From positions 2,277,506 through 2,341,505 of the forward strand of contig OZ007034.1 of NCBI GenBank assembly GCA_963931635.1: DNA of 64,000 nt. The letters run 5' to 3'. The notes below the pieces were generated by a model, which did not search any database, was not told the DNA's origin, and saw nothing but the letters and a program-made list of their open reading frames with translations. The DNA is from an uncultured Bacteroides sp. (GTDB lineage Bacteria; Bacteroidota; Bacteroidia; Bacteroidales; UBA11471). The translations under genes and the position numbers were made by a program. Each line of letters begins with the position of its first letter. Position 1 is the stretch's first letter. Below, piece by piece: positions 1 through 9,275 of the stretch.

Positions 1-1
1 C

Positions 2-28
2 GACGACGGCATACGCCTTGTCAAATAA
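2..28 (+). CDS. possible 3' end of an upstream gene (..DDGIRLVK*)
   Basis: Frame open from the window edge to TAA at 26-28, followed by a hairpin shared with convergent nadE; too short to identify. Confidence 0.25.
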   Translation, partial: DDGIRLVK

Positions 29-56
29 CGGGGCGACGTACGGCTGCATTATAACA

Positions 57-87
57 GAGGGGCTGCCACATTGTGTGGCAGCCCCTC
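57..87. terminator. 14-bp perfect stem-loop downstream of nadE
   Basis: GAGGGGCTGCCACA-TTG-TGTGGCAGCCCCTC. Confidence 0.7.
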
Positions 88-112
88 ACTGTATATTGTG
101 TGATGGAGTAGA

Positions 113-2041
113 TTAATTTTCCAGCTCCTCGCAGGCTTTGAGCCACAAGGCACTGCTGGCGTCGCTCGGCATGCGCCAGTCGCCTCTCGGCGAAAGGCTC
201 ACCGAACCCACCTTGGGCCCGTCGGGCAAACATGAGCGTTTGAACTGTTGCGAGAAGAAGCGGCGGAAGAAGGTGGTGAGCCACTTTTTGATTGTGGCCC
301 GGTCGTAGGATTCTCCGAAGGCCTCCTGGGCCAGAAAGTAAATCTTTTCGGGCCGGAAGCCGTATCGCAGGAAATAATAGAGGAAGAAGTCGTGCAACTC
401 ATACGGACCTACGAGGTCTTCGGTCTTCTGTTTGATGTTGCCCTGTTCGTCGGCCGGAATCAGTTCGGGGCTGATGGGGGTATTCACAATGTCGATGAGT
501 GTGGCGCCCGTCGCCTTGTCGCTGGCTTGCAGGGCCACCCAGCTCACCAGGTGACGCACCAGTGTTTTGGGTACACCGGCATTGACACCGTACATCGACA
601 TGTGGTCGCCGTTGTAGGTTGCCCAGCCCAGTGCCAGCTCCGAGAGGTCGCCCGTACCGATGACGAGACCGTTGACCTGATTGGCAATGTCCATCAGTAT
701 CTGTGTGCGTTCGCGGGCCTGGCTGTTTTCGTAGGTTACGTCGTGTATGTTTCTGTCGTGGCCTATGTCGGCAAAGTGTTGCAGGCAGGCCTCTCTGATA
801 CTGATTTCGCGTATCGTTACCCCCAGCGAGCGCATGAGGTCGAGCGCATTGTTGTAGGTGCGGTCGGTTGTGCCGAATCCCGGCATTGTGATGCCGAAGA
901 TATGTGAACGGTCGATGTGCAGGCGGTCAAAGGCTCTGACCGTAACGAGCAGGGCCAGTGTCGAGTCGAGGCCTCCCGATATGCCTACCACCACGTTTTG
1001 GGCTCCGGTGTGTTTCAGCCGTTTGACCAGTCCAGAAACCTGTATGTTGAAAATCTCTTCGCAGCGTTCGTTGAGCATTTGCTCGATATGTGGGATAAAG
1101 GGGTGCGGGTCGATCGTCCGGGAGAGCTTTTTGAGGTTGAGGCGGGCCATTTTCACGGCGATGGTACGATAGGGGGCATCGGTTGTAGCGCACGCCGAGA
1201 AACCGGTATTCATGCGTCGTTCGCACATGAGCCGTTCGACGTCGATTTCGGTAACGGTCAGTTGGGCTGTATCGGAGAAGCGCTGGCTCTCGGTCAGCAG
1301 AATGCCGTTCTCGGCAATGATGGCGTTGCCTCCGAAAACAACGTCGGTCGACGATTCTCCAAGCCCCGACGAGGCGTAGAGGTAGGCCGATACCGTGCGG
1401 GCCGACTGTTGCGCGATGAGCTGACGCAGGTAGTGGTGTTTCCCTACCAGTTCGTCGCTGGCCGAGAGGTTGACGATAACGTTGGCCCCGTGCAGGACAT
1501 GATGCGACGATGGCGGAATAGCCACCCACAGGTCTTCGCACAACTCTACGGCCATGACCGCTTTCCCCCACGAGAAGAGCAGCCGCGCACCGAAAGGCAC
1601 CTCCTGCCCGCAGCAGGTGAGGGTGTTGCCCTCGGCCTCGGCGGCCTGGCAGAACCACCGTTTCTCGTAGAACTCCTTATAATTAGGCAGAAAGCTTTTG
1701 GGCACAATGCCGTATATCGTTCCGTGGCCTACGACGACAGCCGTGTTGAAGAGGCGGTTGCCTTGTGCCAGCGGGCACCCCACAACGGCCAGCACGTCGG
1801 TCTCCCGCGAAGCCTTGATGATGCGGCTCAGTGCGGCCTCGGCCTCTTCCAGCAGAAGAGCCTGCCCGAAAAGGTCGCCGCAGGTATAGCCTGTGATGCA
1901 CAATTCGGGGAAAACAATCAGCTCGACCTGTTGACGGTCGGCCTCGTGCAGCAGTTCGACAATCTGTTCGCTGTTGTAGCGGCAGTCGGCCACCCGGCAG
2001 AGGGGAATAGCCGTGGCTGTCTTTATAAATCCGTAGTCCAT
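113..2041 (-). CDS. nadE: glutamine-dependent NAD(+) synthetase
   Basis: N-terminal nitrilase-type glutaminase (FPEL, ELCEDLW) plus synthetase motifs GISGGLDS, ENSQARER, SQQFKRS. Confidence 0.96.
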   Translation of the reverse strand: MDYGFIKTATAIPLCRVADCRYNSEQIVELLHEADRQQVELIVFPELCITGYTCGDLFGQALLLEEAEAALSRIIKASRETDVLAVVGCPLAQGNRLFNTAVVVGHGTIYGIVPKSFLPNYKEFYEKRWFCQAAEAEGNTLTCCGQEVPFGARLLFSWGKAVMAVELCEDLWVAIPPSSHHVLHGANVIVNLSASDELVGKHHYLRQLIAQQSARTVSAYLYASSGLGESSTDVVFGGNAIIAENGILLTESQRFSDTAQLTVTEIDVERLMCERRMNTGFSACATTDAPYRTIAVKMARLNLKKLSRTIDPHPFIPHIEQMLNERCEEIFNIQVSGLVKRLKHTGAQNVVVGISGGLDSTLALLVTVRAFDRLHIDRSHIFGITMPGFGTTDRTYNNALDLMRSLGVTIREISIREACLQHFADIGHDRNIHDVTYENSQARERTQILMDIANQVNGLVIGTGDLSELALGWATYNGDHMSMYGVNAGVPKTLVRHLVSWVALQASDKATGATLIDIVNTPISPELIPADEQGNIKQKTEDLVGPYELHDFFLYYFLRYGFRPEKIYFLAQEAFGESYDRATIKKWLTTFFRRFFSQQFKRSCLPDGPKVGSVSLSPRGDWRMPSDASSALWLKACEELEN

Positions 2042-2064
2042 GATGTTCTTGTCAAGATATATTG

Positions 2065-2072
2065 CAAAAGTA
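2065..2072 (-). promoter_or_regulatory. Bacteroidetes primary-sigma -7 box for nadE
   Basis: TACTTTTG on minus strand (TAnnTTTG consensus) 23 nt before the start codon. Confidence 0.65.
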
Positions 2073-2167
2073 GAAATTTTCGGAGCTTTCTGCCAATTTG
2101 CTTTTGAAATTTTTCTCTTTGGCAGCGAATCCTTATTTTTGTAAGACGATAAATAAACCGATGAAAT

Positions 2168-4351
2168 ATGAAGTTGAATTTACCTGAAATCCTGTGTGCC
2201 GTGGCGCTGACAGTGGGCGCGGCACCGCTCTCTTCGATGGAGGTCGACGACCTCTTTTCGGGAAAATACCGGGCGAAGTCGGTGGCCGGGATACGCCCCT
2301 CGGCCGATGGTGTGCATTATACCTGTCTCTCGCCCGACCGCACATGCATCGTGCGCTATGCCTATGCCACGGGCGAAGTGGTCGATACCCTGCTCGACGT
2401 GGCACGCGTGCCCGGGAAGCCGGTGCAGAGCATCTCGGGATATTCCTTTGGAGAAGACGAAGACCGTATGCTCATCTATACCGATGTGGAGATGATATAT
2501 CGCCGATCGTTCCGTGCCGCCTACTACTTCACGCGGGTGGGAAGCCATGCGTTGCAACCCTTGTCGGAGCAGTTTCCCAAGCAGCAGATTGCCACGCTGT
2601 CGCCCGACGGCACACGGGTGGCCTTTGTTCACGAAAACAATATTTACGTAAAGAATCTCCTCGACGGCAGCGAAGTGCAGATAACGCACGACGGCGAGAA
2701 AAACAAGATACTCAACGGCGTTACCGACTGGGTGTATGAAGAGGAGTTTGCCCAGACCCGCCTGATGGCCTGGTCGCCCGACAGTCGGGCATTGGCCTTT
2801 GTTCGTACCGACGAGAGCGACGTGCAGGAGTATCCCATGCAGCTTTTCTGTACCCCTTCGGGCCGTTACGACGCACCCGACGATGTCTATCCACGTTATG
2901 CCGGATTTAAATATCCCGTGGCCGGTGCCGACAACAGCCGCATCTCGTTCCAGGTATGGAAAGAAAACGACGCTGCCCCTCATGCCGTGGCTTTGCCGGT
3001 CGATGGTGAGACCTATCTCCCGGCCATCAACATAATACCGCGCACCGGCGAGTGGGTCGTTACGGCCCTCAACCGGTTGCAGAATCATATACGCCTGCTG
3101 GCCGTCGACATAGAAAAAGAGACCACTCGTCTCCTTTATGAAGATACGAGCGATACCTACATCAACGAAGAAGATATTACATCGGCCGTTTTCTATCCCG
3201 ACTGCTTCATGGCCTTCTCCGAGAAGACCGGCTACCGCCACATCTACCAGTATGGTTACGACGGCAAGCTGCAACGCACCGTTACCGTGGGAGAGTGGGA
3301 GGTTACCGATTATTACGGACGCGACGCCCGGGGCAACATCTATTACCAGTCGACCGAGGAAGGTCCTCTTTACCGCACGCTCTACTGCATCGACCGTAAA
3401 GGTAAACGCCGTAAACTCTCGACCCGGCCGGGAAACAACACCGCCTGGTTCAATCCCTCGTGTACCTATTACATCAGCCAGTACAGCAACGCCGTCACCC
3501 CTCCAGTCTATACCCTTCACGATGCCAAACGCCGTCGTGTGGTGCGTACCCTTGAAGACAATGCCGACTTCCCGGTTGAGGATTTTGTCAAGAAGGAATT
3601 TTTTACTTTCACGACTCCCGAAGGTGTCGAGCTCAACGGTTTCATGATGAAGCCGGCCGATTTCGACACAACTCGTCGCTATCCGGTCGTGATGATGCAG
3701 TATAGCGGCCCCGGGTCGCAGCAGGTACTCGATGCGTGGAGCTCGGCCGACTGGCAGCAGGTACTCGTGCCGCAAGGCTTCATCGTGGCCTGTGTCGACG
3801 GTCGCGGTACCGGTGCACGAGGCACGGAATTCCGCTGCTGCACCTATGGCCAGCTGGGGGTACTCGAAGCCCAGGACCAGATATCTGCCGCCCGCTATAT
3901 GGCATCGCTGCCCTATGTTGACGCCGGTCGCATAGCCATCTGGGGGTGGAGTTTCGGCGGATTTACCACCCTTATGTCGATGTCGATGAGCAGTGGCGTG
4001 TACAAGGCCGGTGTAGCCATTGCCCCGGTAACCGACTGGCGCTTCTACGACACGGTATATACCGAGCGGTACATGTCGACTCCGCAGCAGAACCGTGTCG
4101 GCTACGATGCCGCATCGCCCTTGTGTCGGGCAGCCTCTCTCTCGGGCAATCTCCTGATTGTTGCCGGTACGGCCGACGACAATGTGCATTACACCAACAC
4201 CCTGCGCTATATCAATGCCCTCGTGGCAGCCGACAAGCAGTTTGAAATGCAGATGTATACCGATCGCAACCACAGCATCTACGGGGGAAACTCCCGCCAG
4301 CACCTCTACAAGAAATTCATCGAATTTTTCCATCGCCAACTCTTGCTGTAG
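2168..4351 (+). CDS. dipeptidyl peptidase IV-like S9B serine peptidase
   Basis: Signal peptide, DWVYEEE motif, catalytic GWSFGG / DDNVH / NHSI triad. Confidence 0.92.
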   Translation: MKLNLPEILCAVALTVGAAPLSSMEVDDLFSGKYRAKSVAGIRPSADGVHYTCLSPDRTCIVRYAYATGEVVDTLLDVARVPGKPVQSISGYSFGEDEDRMLIYTDVEMIYRRSFRAAYYFTRVGSHALQPLSEQFPKQQIATLSPDGTRVAFVHENNIYVKNLLDGSEVQITHDGEKNKILNGVTDWVYEEEFAQTRLMAWSPDSRALAFVRTDESDVQEYPMQLFCTPSGRYDAPDDVYPRYAGFKYPVAGADNSRISFQVWKENDAAPHAVALPVDGETYLPAINIIPRTGEWVVTALNRLQNHIRLLAVDIEKETTRLLYEDTSDTYINEEDITSAVFYPDCFMAFSEKTGYRHIYQYGYDGKLQRTVTVGEWEVTDYYGRDARGNIYYQSTEEGPLYRTLYCIDRKGKRRKLSTRPGNNTAWFNPSCTYYISQYSNAVTPPVYTLHDAKRRRVVRTLEDNADFPVEDFVKKEFFTFTTPEGVELNGFMMKPADFDTTRRYPVVMMQYSGPGSQQVLDAWSSADWQQVLVPQGFIVACVDGRGTGARGTEFRCCTYGQLGVLEAQDQISAARYMASLPYVDAGRIAIWGWSFGGFTTLMSMSMSSGVYKAGVAIAPVTDWRFYDTVYTERYMSTPQQNRVGYDAASPLCRAASLSGNLLIVAGTADDNVHYTNTLRYINALVAADKQFEMQMYTDRNHSIYGGNSRQHLYKKFIEFFHRQLLL

Positions 4352-5248
4352 ATGAATGATTATGTTCGTTCTCCCTTAAACTATATTGGGGGAAAATATA
4401 AACTATTACCCCAAATATTACCTTTGTTCCCTCGCAAAATAAATACGTTTGTCGATTTATTTTGTGGGGGGTGTAATGTTGGTATTAATGTTCATGCACA
4501 TCGCGTAGTATTTAATGATATCCTCTCATATTTGATAGATTTGTATGTATCTCTAAAAGAAAATGATGTTCAGACAATATTGAACCATATAGACCATAGA
4601 ATAGAAACATTCAATCTTTCATTGACAAATGAGGTAGGATATAAAAAAATGCGCGATATATATAATCAAGATAGGAATCCTTTGGATTTATTTGTGTTAG
4701 TCGCGTATTCATTCAATCATCAGATTAGATTCAATAATTCTCATGAATTTAATAATCCATTTGGTAGAGATAGAAGTCGCTATAATGAGACGATGAAAAG
4801 AAATTTACGGCGATTCATTGAGCATATACAATCTTCCAATGCCTTATTTACATGCCAAAATTACGACAAATTTGATTTTTCGGTGTTGGGAGGGGACGAT
4901 TTTGTCTATTGTGATCCTCCATATTTGATTACGACGGGAACGTACAATGATGGAAAAAGAGGGTTTACCGGGTGGTCTGAACAGGAGGAAAAGTGTTTGT
5001 ATGAAATATTGAATGGATTGACAAAATCGGGAATTTCATTTGCTTTGTCTAATGTGTTGATTCATAAAGGGAAAGAGAATGATATATTGAGAAAGTGGAT
5101 AGCTGAAAATAATTATGTTATTCATTATCTGAATAGTGATTATGCCAACTCAAATTATCATACGAAAAATAGGCAAAAAACGTCTACCATAGAGGTGTTG
5201 ATTACTAACTACATTCCAAAGAAGATTCAATATGAGATATTTGGGTAA
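4352..5248 (+). CDS. N6-adenine DNA methyltransferase M1 (Dam/D12 family, like the C-terminal half of M.FokI)
   Basis: SPLNYIGGK, motif I FVDLFCGG, motif IV YCDPPY, C-terminal EVLITNY. Confidence 0.93.
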   Translation: MNDYVRSPLNYIGGKYKLLPQILPLFPRKINTFVDLFCGGCNVGINVHAHRVVFNDILSYLIDLYVSLKENDVQTILNHIDHRIETFNLSLTNEVGYKKMRDIYNQDRNPLDLFVLVAYSFNHQIRFNNSHEFNNPFGRDRSRYNETMKRNLRRFIEHIQSSNALFTCQNYDKFDFSVLGGDDFVYCDPPYLITTGTYNDGKRGFTGWSEQEEKCLYEILNGLTKSGISFALSNVLIHKGKENDILRKWIAENNYVIHYLNSDYANSNYHTKNRQKTSTIEVLITNYIPKKIQYEIFG

Positions 5249-6294
5249 TAAAGAAAATATTATACCTTATATATATTCTGTATTAGAAAGTAAAGGAATT
5301 GTTGGCAAAAGTTTTTTCGATTTTTTTTCGGGAACAACAAGTGTTGCAAAATTTTATAAGCGAAAAGGATATAAGGTATATACGTCAGATATGATGTATT
5401 TCTCATATTGTTTGCAAAAAGCATATATAGAGAATAATGAAACTCCTACGTTCAAAGCTCTTTGTCCTATAATTGGTAATGCAACATCTCGTCTTTTTGA
5501 TTCTCCGTTAGTTTCTGTATTAGAGTATTTGGACACTATACCATTGCGAGACGGTTTTATTTTTGAAAATTACACACCCGGAGGGACATCGTATTTGGCC
5601 TCTCCTCGTATGTATTTTATAGATGAGAACGGGAAAAAAAATAGATGCAATCAGACAACAAATAGAGTTATGGAATAGTGATGGGTTGTTGACTGATAAC
5701 GAGTATTTTATTCTGTTGTCTTGCCTAATAGAGACCGTTTCATTTTATGCAAATGTTTCCGGTGTATATGCGGCATTTCAAAAGAAATGGGATCCACGCG
5801 CTATTAAGACAATGAAACTTCGTCCGATTGAAATCATTAAAAATGATTATAGTAACGAAGTATATTATGGCGATAGCTTATCTTTATTAGATGATATAGA
5901 AGTCGATATTCTCTATATAGATCCTCCATATAATGAACGTCAATATGCGCCTAATTATCATTTATTAGAAACCATAGCATGCTATGATTCGCCAATAATT
6001 CGAGGTGTAACAGGTATGCGCGAATATTCTAAGCAGAAATCTTCATTTTGTAACGAAAAATCAGCATTTTCTGATTTAGATAGGATAGCTCGAATGGGAC
6101 ACTATAACTATTTGGTATTGAGTTATAATTCAGAAGGCATTATGAATAGAGAGGGTATAATAGATACTTTATCTCGATATGGTACGGTTTCATTAGAACA
6201 GTTTGAGTATTTACGCTTTAAAAGTAATAATAACGGTTCATCTCGTACTAAAAAGCATGTATATGAACAAATATATATATTGAAACGCTCGTGA
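5232..6294 (+). pseudogene. N6-adenine DNA methyltransferase M2 (like the N-terminal half of M.FokI), frameshifted at A8 5634-5641
   Basis: ORF 5232-5678 has MRYLGNK and motif I FDFFSGT; ORF 5623-6294 (+1 frame) has YIDPPYN..QY..NYHLLE; deleting one A joins them into one 353-aa protein (..RMYFIDENGKKIDAIR..). Confidence 0.88.
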
Positions 6295-7679
6295 AAAATC
6301 TTTGGATATTGACAGAAGAACGCCCTAAAAAAAACGTTCTGAGAACTATTTTTGAGTATTTTGCAAAAGACCAGAAATGTGGATTTTTCGGGTCTGAGTT
6401 GAGAATATTGCCTATTCTTGATAAGAATAGGTGTTTTTCGTTTGTATATGAAGTAATAGGTTTTAGATGCTCTAAAATAGATAAAGTATATATTAAGACT
6501 GTCTCTGGAAATTCCAGTTTTACAGATTTTCTCGTATTTTATCAAGAAGCACAACCACAAGCAAAAGATACTCCTATTTATGCAATAGAAGAGACTAAAA
6601 CGGATGATAAGGAAAGTCGGAATACCGGGGTTTACCAACGCTGCTCAAAATTTGTTTATATACACTATTATTATCCTCATACCAAGAAGATAATGCTGTA
6701 TAATTTACAAATCACACAGAAACAGGTTCCCACAGAAACATATATTTTTGGGACAAGATTGTTAATGACATTGGGAATTGAAATTTTAGGGAAAAAACTC
6801 GATAGGAATCTATTCAAACCCTTCCAAAGTATTGATGACGTTATCTGTTTTAAAAATAATATGAGACGTCCCCCAAAAGGAAATATTCCAATTGAAATAT
6901 TGAAATTCTCCGATAAGATAGAAATATCTGGACGCTTGTATAAATCGGGGGGCTTGGCTCATGATCCCAATATTGGTGCGTTGAGCATAATATCGGCCGT
7001 GTTGAGGTGTTTAGGGTGGAACGGTAGAATAGAAATTACATGCCATGGATTGGAACAAGAACATGTAGGTGCAGATAACAAGTTTGTTAAAATAGCCCAT
7101 ATTTTAGGACTTGAATTGCAAGGTTTGCAAATTCCTCCATGTAAAATGTTTGACACATATTGGCGATATGAAACACAAGGGGAAAAATTAGGTACGATAT
7201 TTATGCATATTGTCGTAGAAAATTTTACAACAGGATATTCTATATTTGAGAATCATGCTGGTTGTGAAAAAGGTTATTTCGTTACCTCAGACGGCCAACA
7301 TATTCCTTTGGCAAAATATGATGATAGAGAGGCATATAAAGCGGGAGATAAGTCTCGTATCATAGCTATACCCGATTTGGTTTTAGTGGATATTGAAGAG
7401 CACGAGATTATTACAATAGAAGGGAAAAAATACACAAATAGAAAAAAAGGTATAGCTGAATTATCTCTTTACAATAGTTTTGAGGAAAAATATTTAAAAA
7501 GATATTATGCCTCGTTTCGTGTTGTTAGGACAGTTGTTTTATATGGTGGAAAAGAAGAACAGATTGTTGAAATTGAAGTCGGGTTCCTGCTCAATGAGAA
7601 TGGTCGACTTGTTTTGGGAATAAAAGCCCCTCGATTGTTTCATCAAGCAATTAGAAATTTATTTGATTTTTGGGTATAA
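6291..7679 (+). CDS. Type IIS restriction endonuclease, BtsCI-like, two catalytic sites
   Basis: GTG start overlapping the M2 stop (GTGA); D79..E101-X14-Q116R117 and P361D362-X14-E377GK motifs; blocks LTEERPK, EETKTDDxESRNT, DPNIGA, NHAGC match my recollection of BtsCI; adjacent to two FokI-type MTases. Confidence 0.8.
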   Translation: MKNLWILTEERPKKNVLRTIFEYFAKDQKCGFFGSELRILPILDKNRCFSFVYEVIGFRCSKIDKVYIKTVSGNSSFTDFLVFYQEAQPQAKDTPIYAIEETKTDDKESRNTGVYQRCSKFVYIHYYYPHTKKIMLYNLQITQKQVPTETYIFGTRLLMTLGIEILGKKLDRNLFKPFQSIDDVICFKNNMRRPPKGNIPIEILKFSDKIEISGRLYKSGGLAHDPNIGALSIISAVLRCLGWNGRIEITCHGLEQEHVGADNKFVKIAHILGLELQGLQIPPCKMFDTYWRYETQGEKLGTIFMHIVVENFTTGYSIFENHAGCEKGYFVTSDGQHIPLAKYDDREAYKAGDKSRIIAIPDLVLVDIEEHEIITIEGKKYTNRKKGIAELSLYNSFEEKYLKRYYASFRVVRTVVLYGGKEEQIVEIEVGFLLNENGRLVLGIKAPRLFHQAIRNLFDFWV

Positions 7680-7710
7680 AAAAGGATAGGTCTCAGGCCT
7701 ATCCTTTTTT
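7678..7710. terminator. bidirectional intrinsic terminator
   Basis: AAAAAAGGATAGG-TCTCAGG-CCTATCCTTTTTT between convergent genes. Confidence 0.85.
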
Positions 7711-7730
7711 GCGTTATGTGTGGAGGGTGA

Positions 7731-9275
7731 TTACAGGGGCATGTTGCCGTGTTTCTTGGGCGGGTTGCTCTGGTTTTTGTTGGAGCACATGGCCAGGGCC
7801 TGAATCAGTTTCCAGCGGGTGTCGCGCGGCATGATGATTTCGTCGATGTATCCGCGTTCGGCAGCCCGGTAGGGATTCGAGAATTCCGATTCGTACTCTT
7901 TGATTTTCTCGGCTTTCTCCTCGGGAGTTGCTTTGCGGTAAAGAATATTGACGGCACCTTCGGCACCCATGACGGCAATTTCGGACTGCGGGTAGGCCAG
8001 ATTTACGTCGGCTCCCGTCGGTTTGCTTGACATCACGATGTAGGCTCCTCCGTAGGCTTTGCGGGTGATGAGGGTAACTTTGGGCACGGTGGCTTCGGCA
8101 TAGGCATAGACTATCTTGGCACCGTGTCGTATGATGCCGTTGTGCTCCTGTATGGTGCCGGGCAGGAAGCCGGGAACATCTTCGAAGGTAATGATGGGTA
8201 TGTTGAAGCAGTCGCAGAAGCGAATGAACCGTGCGGCTTTGTCGGAAGCGTCGATGTCGAGTACTCCGGCAAGGTAGGCCGGCTGGTTGGCCACGATACC
8301 CACCGAACGTCCGCCCAGGTGGGCGAAGCCGACCACGATGTTGGGGGCGAAGTGCGGCATGACCTCAAAGAAGTACTGGTCGTCGACAACCGGCTCGATG
8401 ATGTCTTTGATGTCGTAGGGCATGTTGGAGTCTTCGGGTATGACGGTCTGCAACTCCTCGACCTGGCGGTGTACATCGTCGGTGCAGGCTACGAGGGGGG
8501 CGTCTTCCATATTGTTTGAGGGGAGGAAGCTGAGCAGCTCCTTGATGTGCATGAGTGTCTCTTCTTCGGTGTCGTACATGAAGTGGGCAACACCGCTCTT
8601 GCTGCTGTGGGTGTAGGCTCCGCCCAGTTCTTCTTTACCCACCTCTTCGTGTGTAACAGCCTTTACCACGTCGGGACCGGTAATGAACATGTGGCTCTTC
8701 TCTTTCACCATGAAGATGAAGTCGGTGAGGGCAGGAGAGTAGCAGGCTCCGCCGGCGCAGGGGCCGAGAATGGCCGAGATTTGGGGTATGACACCCGATG
8801 CAATGGTGTTCTGATAGAAAATCGAGGCATATCCCGAGAGGCTGTTTACCCCTTCCTGTATGCGGGCACCTCCCGAGTCATTGAGGGCAATGATGGGAGC
8901 GCCGTTTTTGAGTGCGAGCTGTTGCACCTTCACGATTTTGGCGGCGTTGCTCTCGCTCAGCGAGCCGCCGTGGGCGGTGAAGTCGTAGGCATAGATAAAG
9001 ACCAGTCGTCCGTCGATTTTACCGTAACCGGTAACCATACCGTCGCCGGGTATCTGCTTCTTTTCCATGCCGAAGTGGGTGCAGCGGTGCGTTACAAACT
9101 TGTCGAGTTCGTTGAACGTGCCTTTGTCGAGCAGCATATCGATGCGTTCGCGGGCGGTCATGCGTCCCGACTCGTGTTGTTTCTCAATCTTTTCAATGCC
9201 TCCGCCTTGTGAGGCTTTCTTGTCGAGGGCTTCAAAGGCCTCGTATATTTTTTCTCTTTCCATTGTTTTAGTCAT
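7731..9275 (-). CDS. acyl-CoA (propionyl/methylmalonyl-CoA) carboxylase, carboxyltransferase subunit
   Basis: DSGGARIQEG, GPCAGGA, RKAYGGAY, C-terminal KKHGNMPL. Confidence 0.93.
   Translation of the reverse strand: MTKTMEREKIYEAFEALDKKASQGGGIEKIEKQHESGRMTARERIDMLLDKGTFNELDKFVTHRCTHFGMEKKQIPGDGMVTGYGKIDGRLVFIYAYDFTAHGGSLSESNAAKIVKVQQLALKNGAPIIALNDSGGARIQEGVNSLSGYASIFYQNTIASGVIPQISAILGPCAGGACYSPALTDFIFMVKEKSHMFITGPDVVKAVTHEEVGKEELGGAYTHSSKSGVAHFMYDTEEETLMHIKELLSFLPSNNMEDAPLVACTDDVHRQVEELQTVIPEDSNMPYDIKDIIEPVVDDQYFFEVMPHFAPNIVVGFAHLGGRSVGIVANQPAYLAGVLDIDASDKAARFIRFCDCFNIPIITFEDVPGFLPGTIQEHNGIIRHGAKIVYAYAEATVPKVTLITRKAYGGAYIVMSSKPTGADVNLAYPQSEIAVMGAEGAVNILYRKATPEEKAEKIKEYESEFSNPYRAAERGYIDEIIMPRDTRWKLIQALAMCSNKNQSNPPKKHGNMPL

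Larger units (their letters stand above)
4352..7679 (+). other. AT-rich, probably horizontally acquired restriction-modification cassette
   Basis: Abrupt drop from about 50-60% to about one-third GC (sample lines counted by eye) right after the peptidase stop; three overlapping genes; no mobility gene. Confidence 0.85.

Noticed and set aside
2180-4339. 719-aa antisense ORF spanning the DPP-IV gene
   Set aside because: Codon-for-codon shadow of the real gene, no recognisable motifs; expected from codon bias in GC-rich genes
5321-5328. T8 run in M2 as a second slippage site
   Set aside because: Currently in frame and encodes part of conserved motif I (DFFSG); no evidence of variation
5623-6294. 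Calling 5232-5678 and 5623-6294 two independent genes
   Set aside because: Each has only half of the MTase motifs and homology runs continuously across the A8 run
6123-6638. 171-aa minus-strand ORF inside the R-M cassette as a possible controller or antitoxin
   Set aside because: Fully overlaps M2 and the nuclease, no HTH or other motif
4330-7730. Target-site duplication or att sites flanking the R-M cassette
   Set aside because: No matching direct or inverted repeats visible at the two junctions and no recombinase gene
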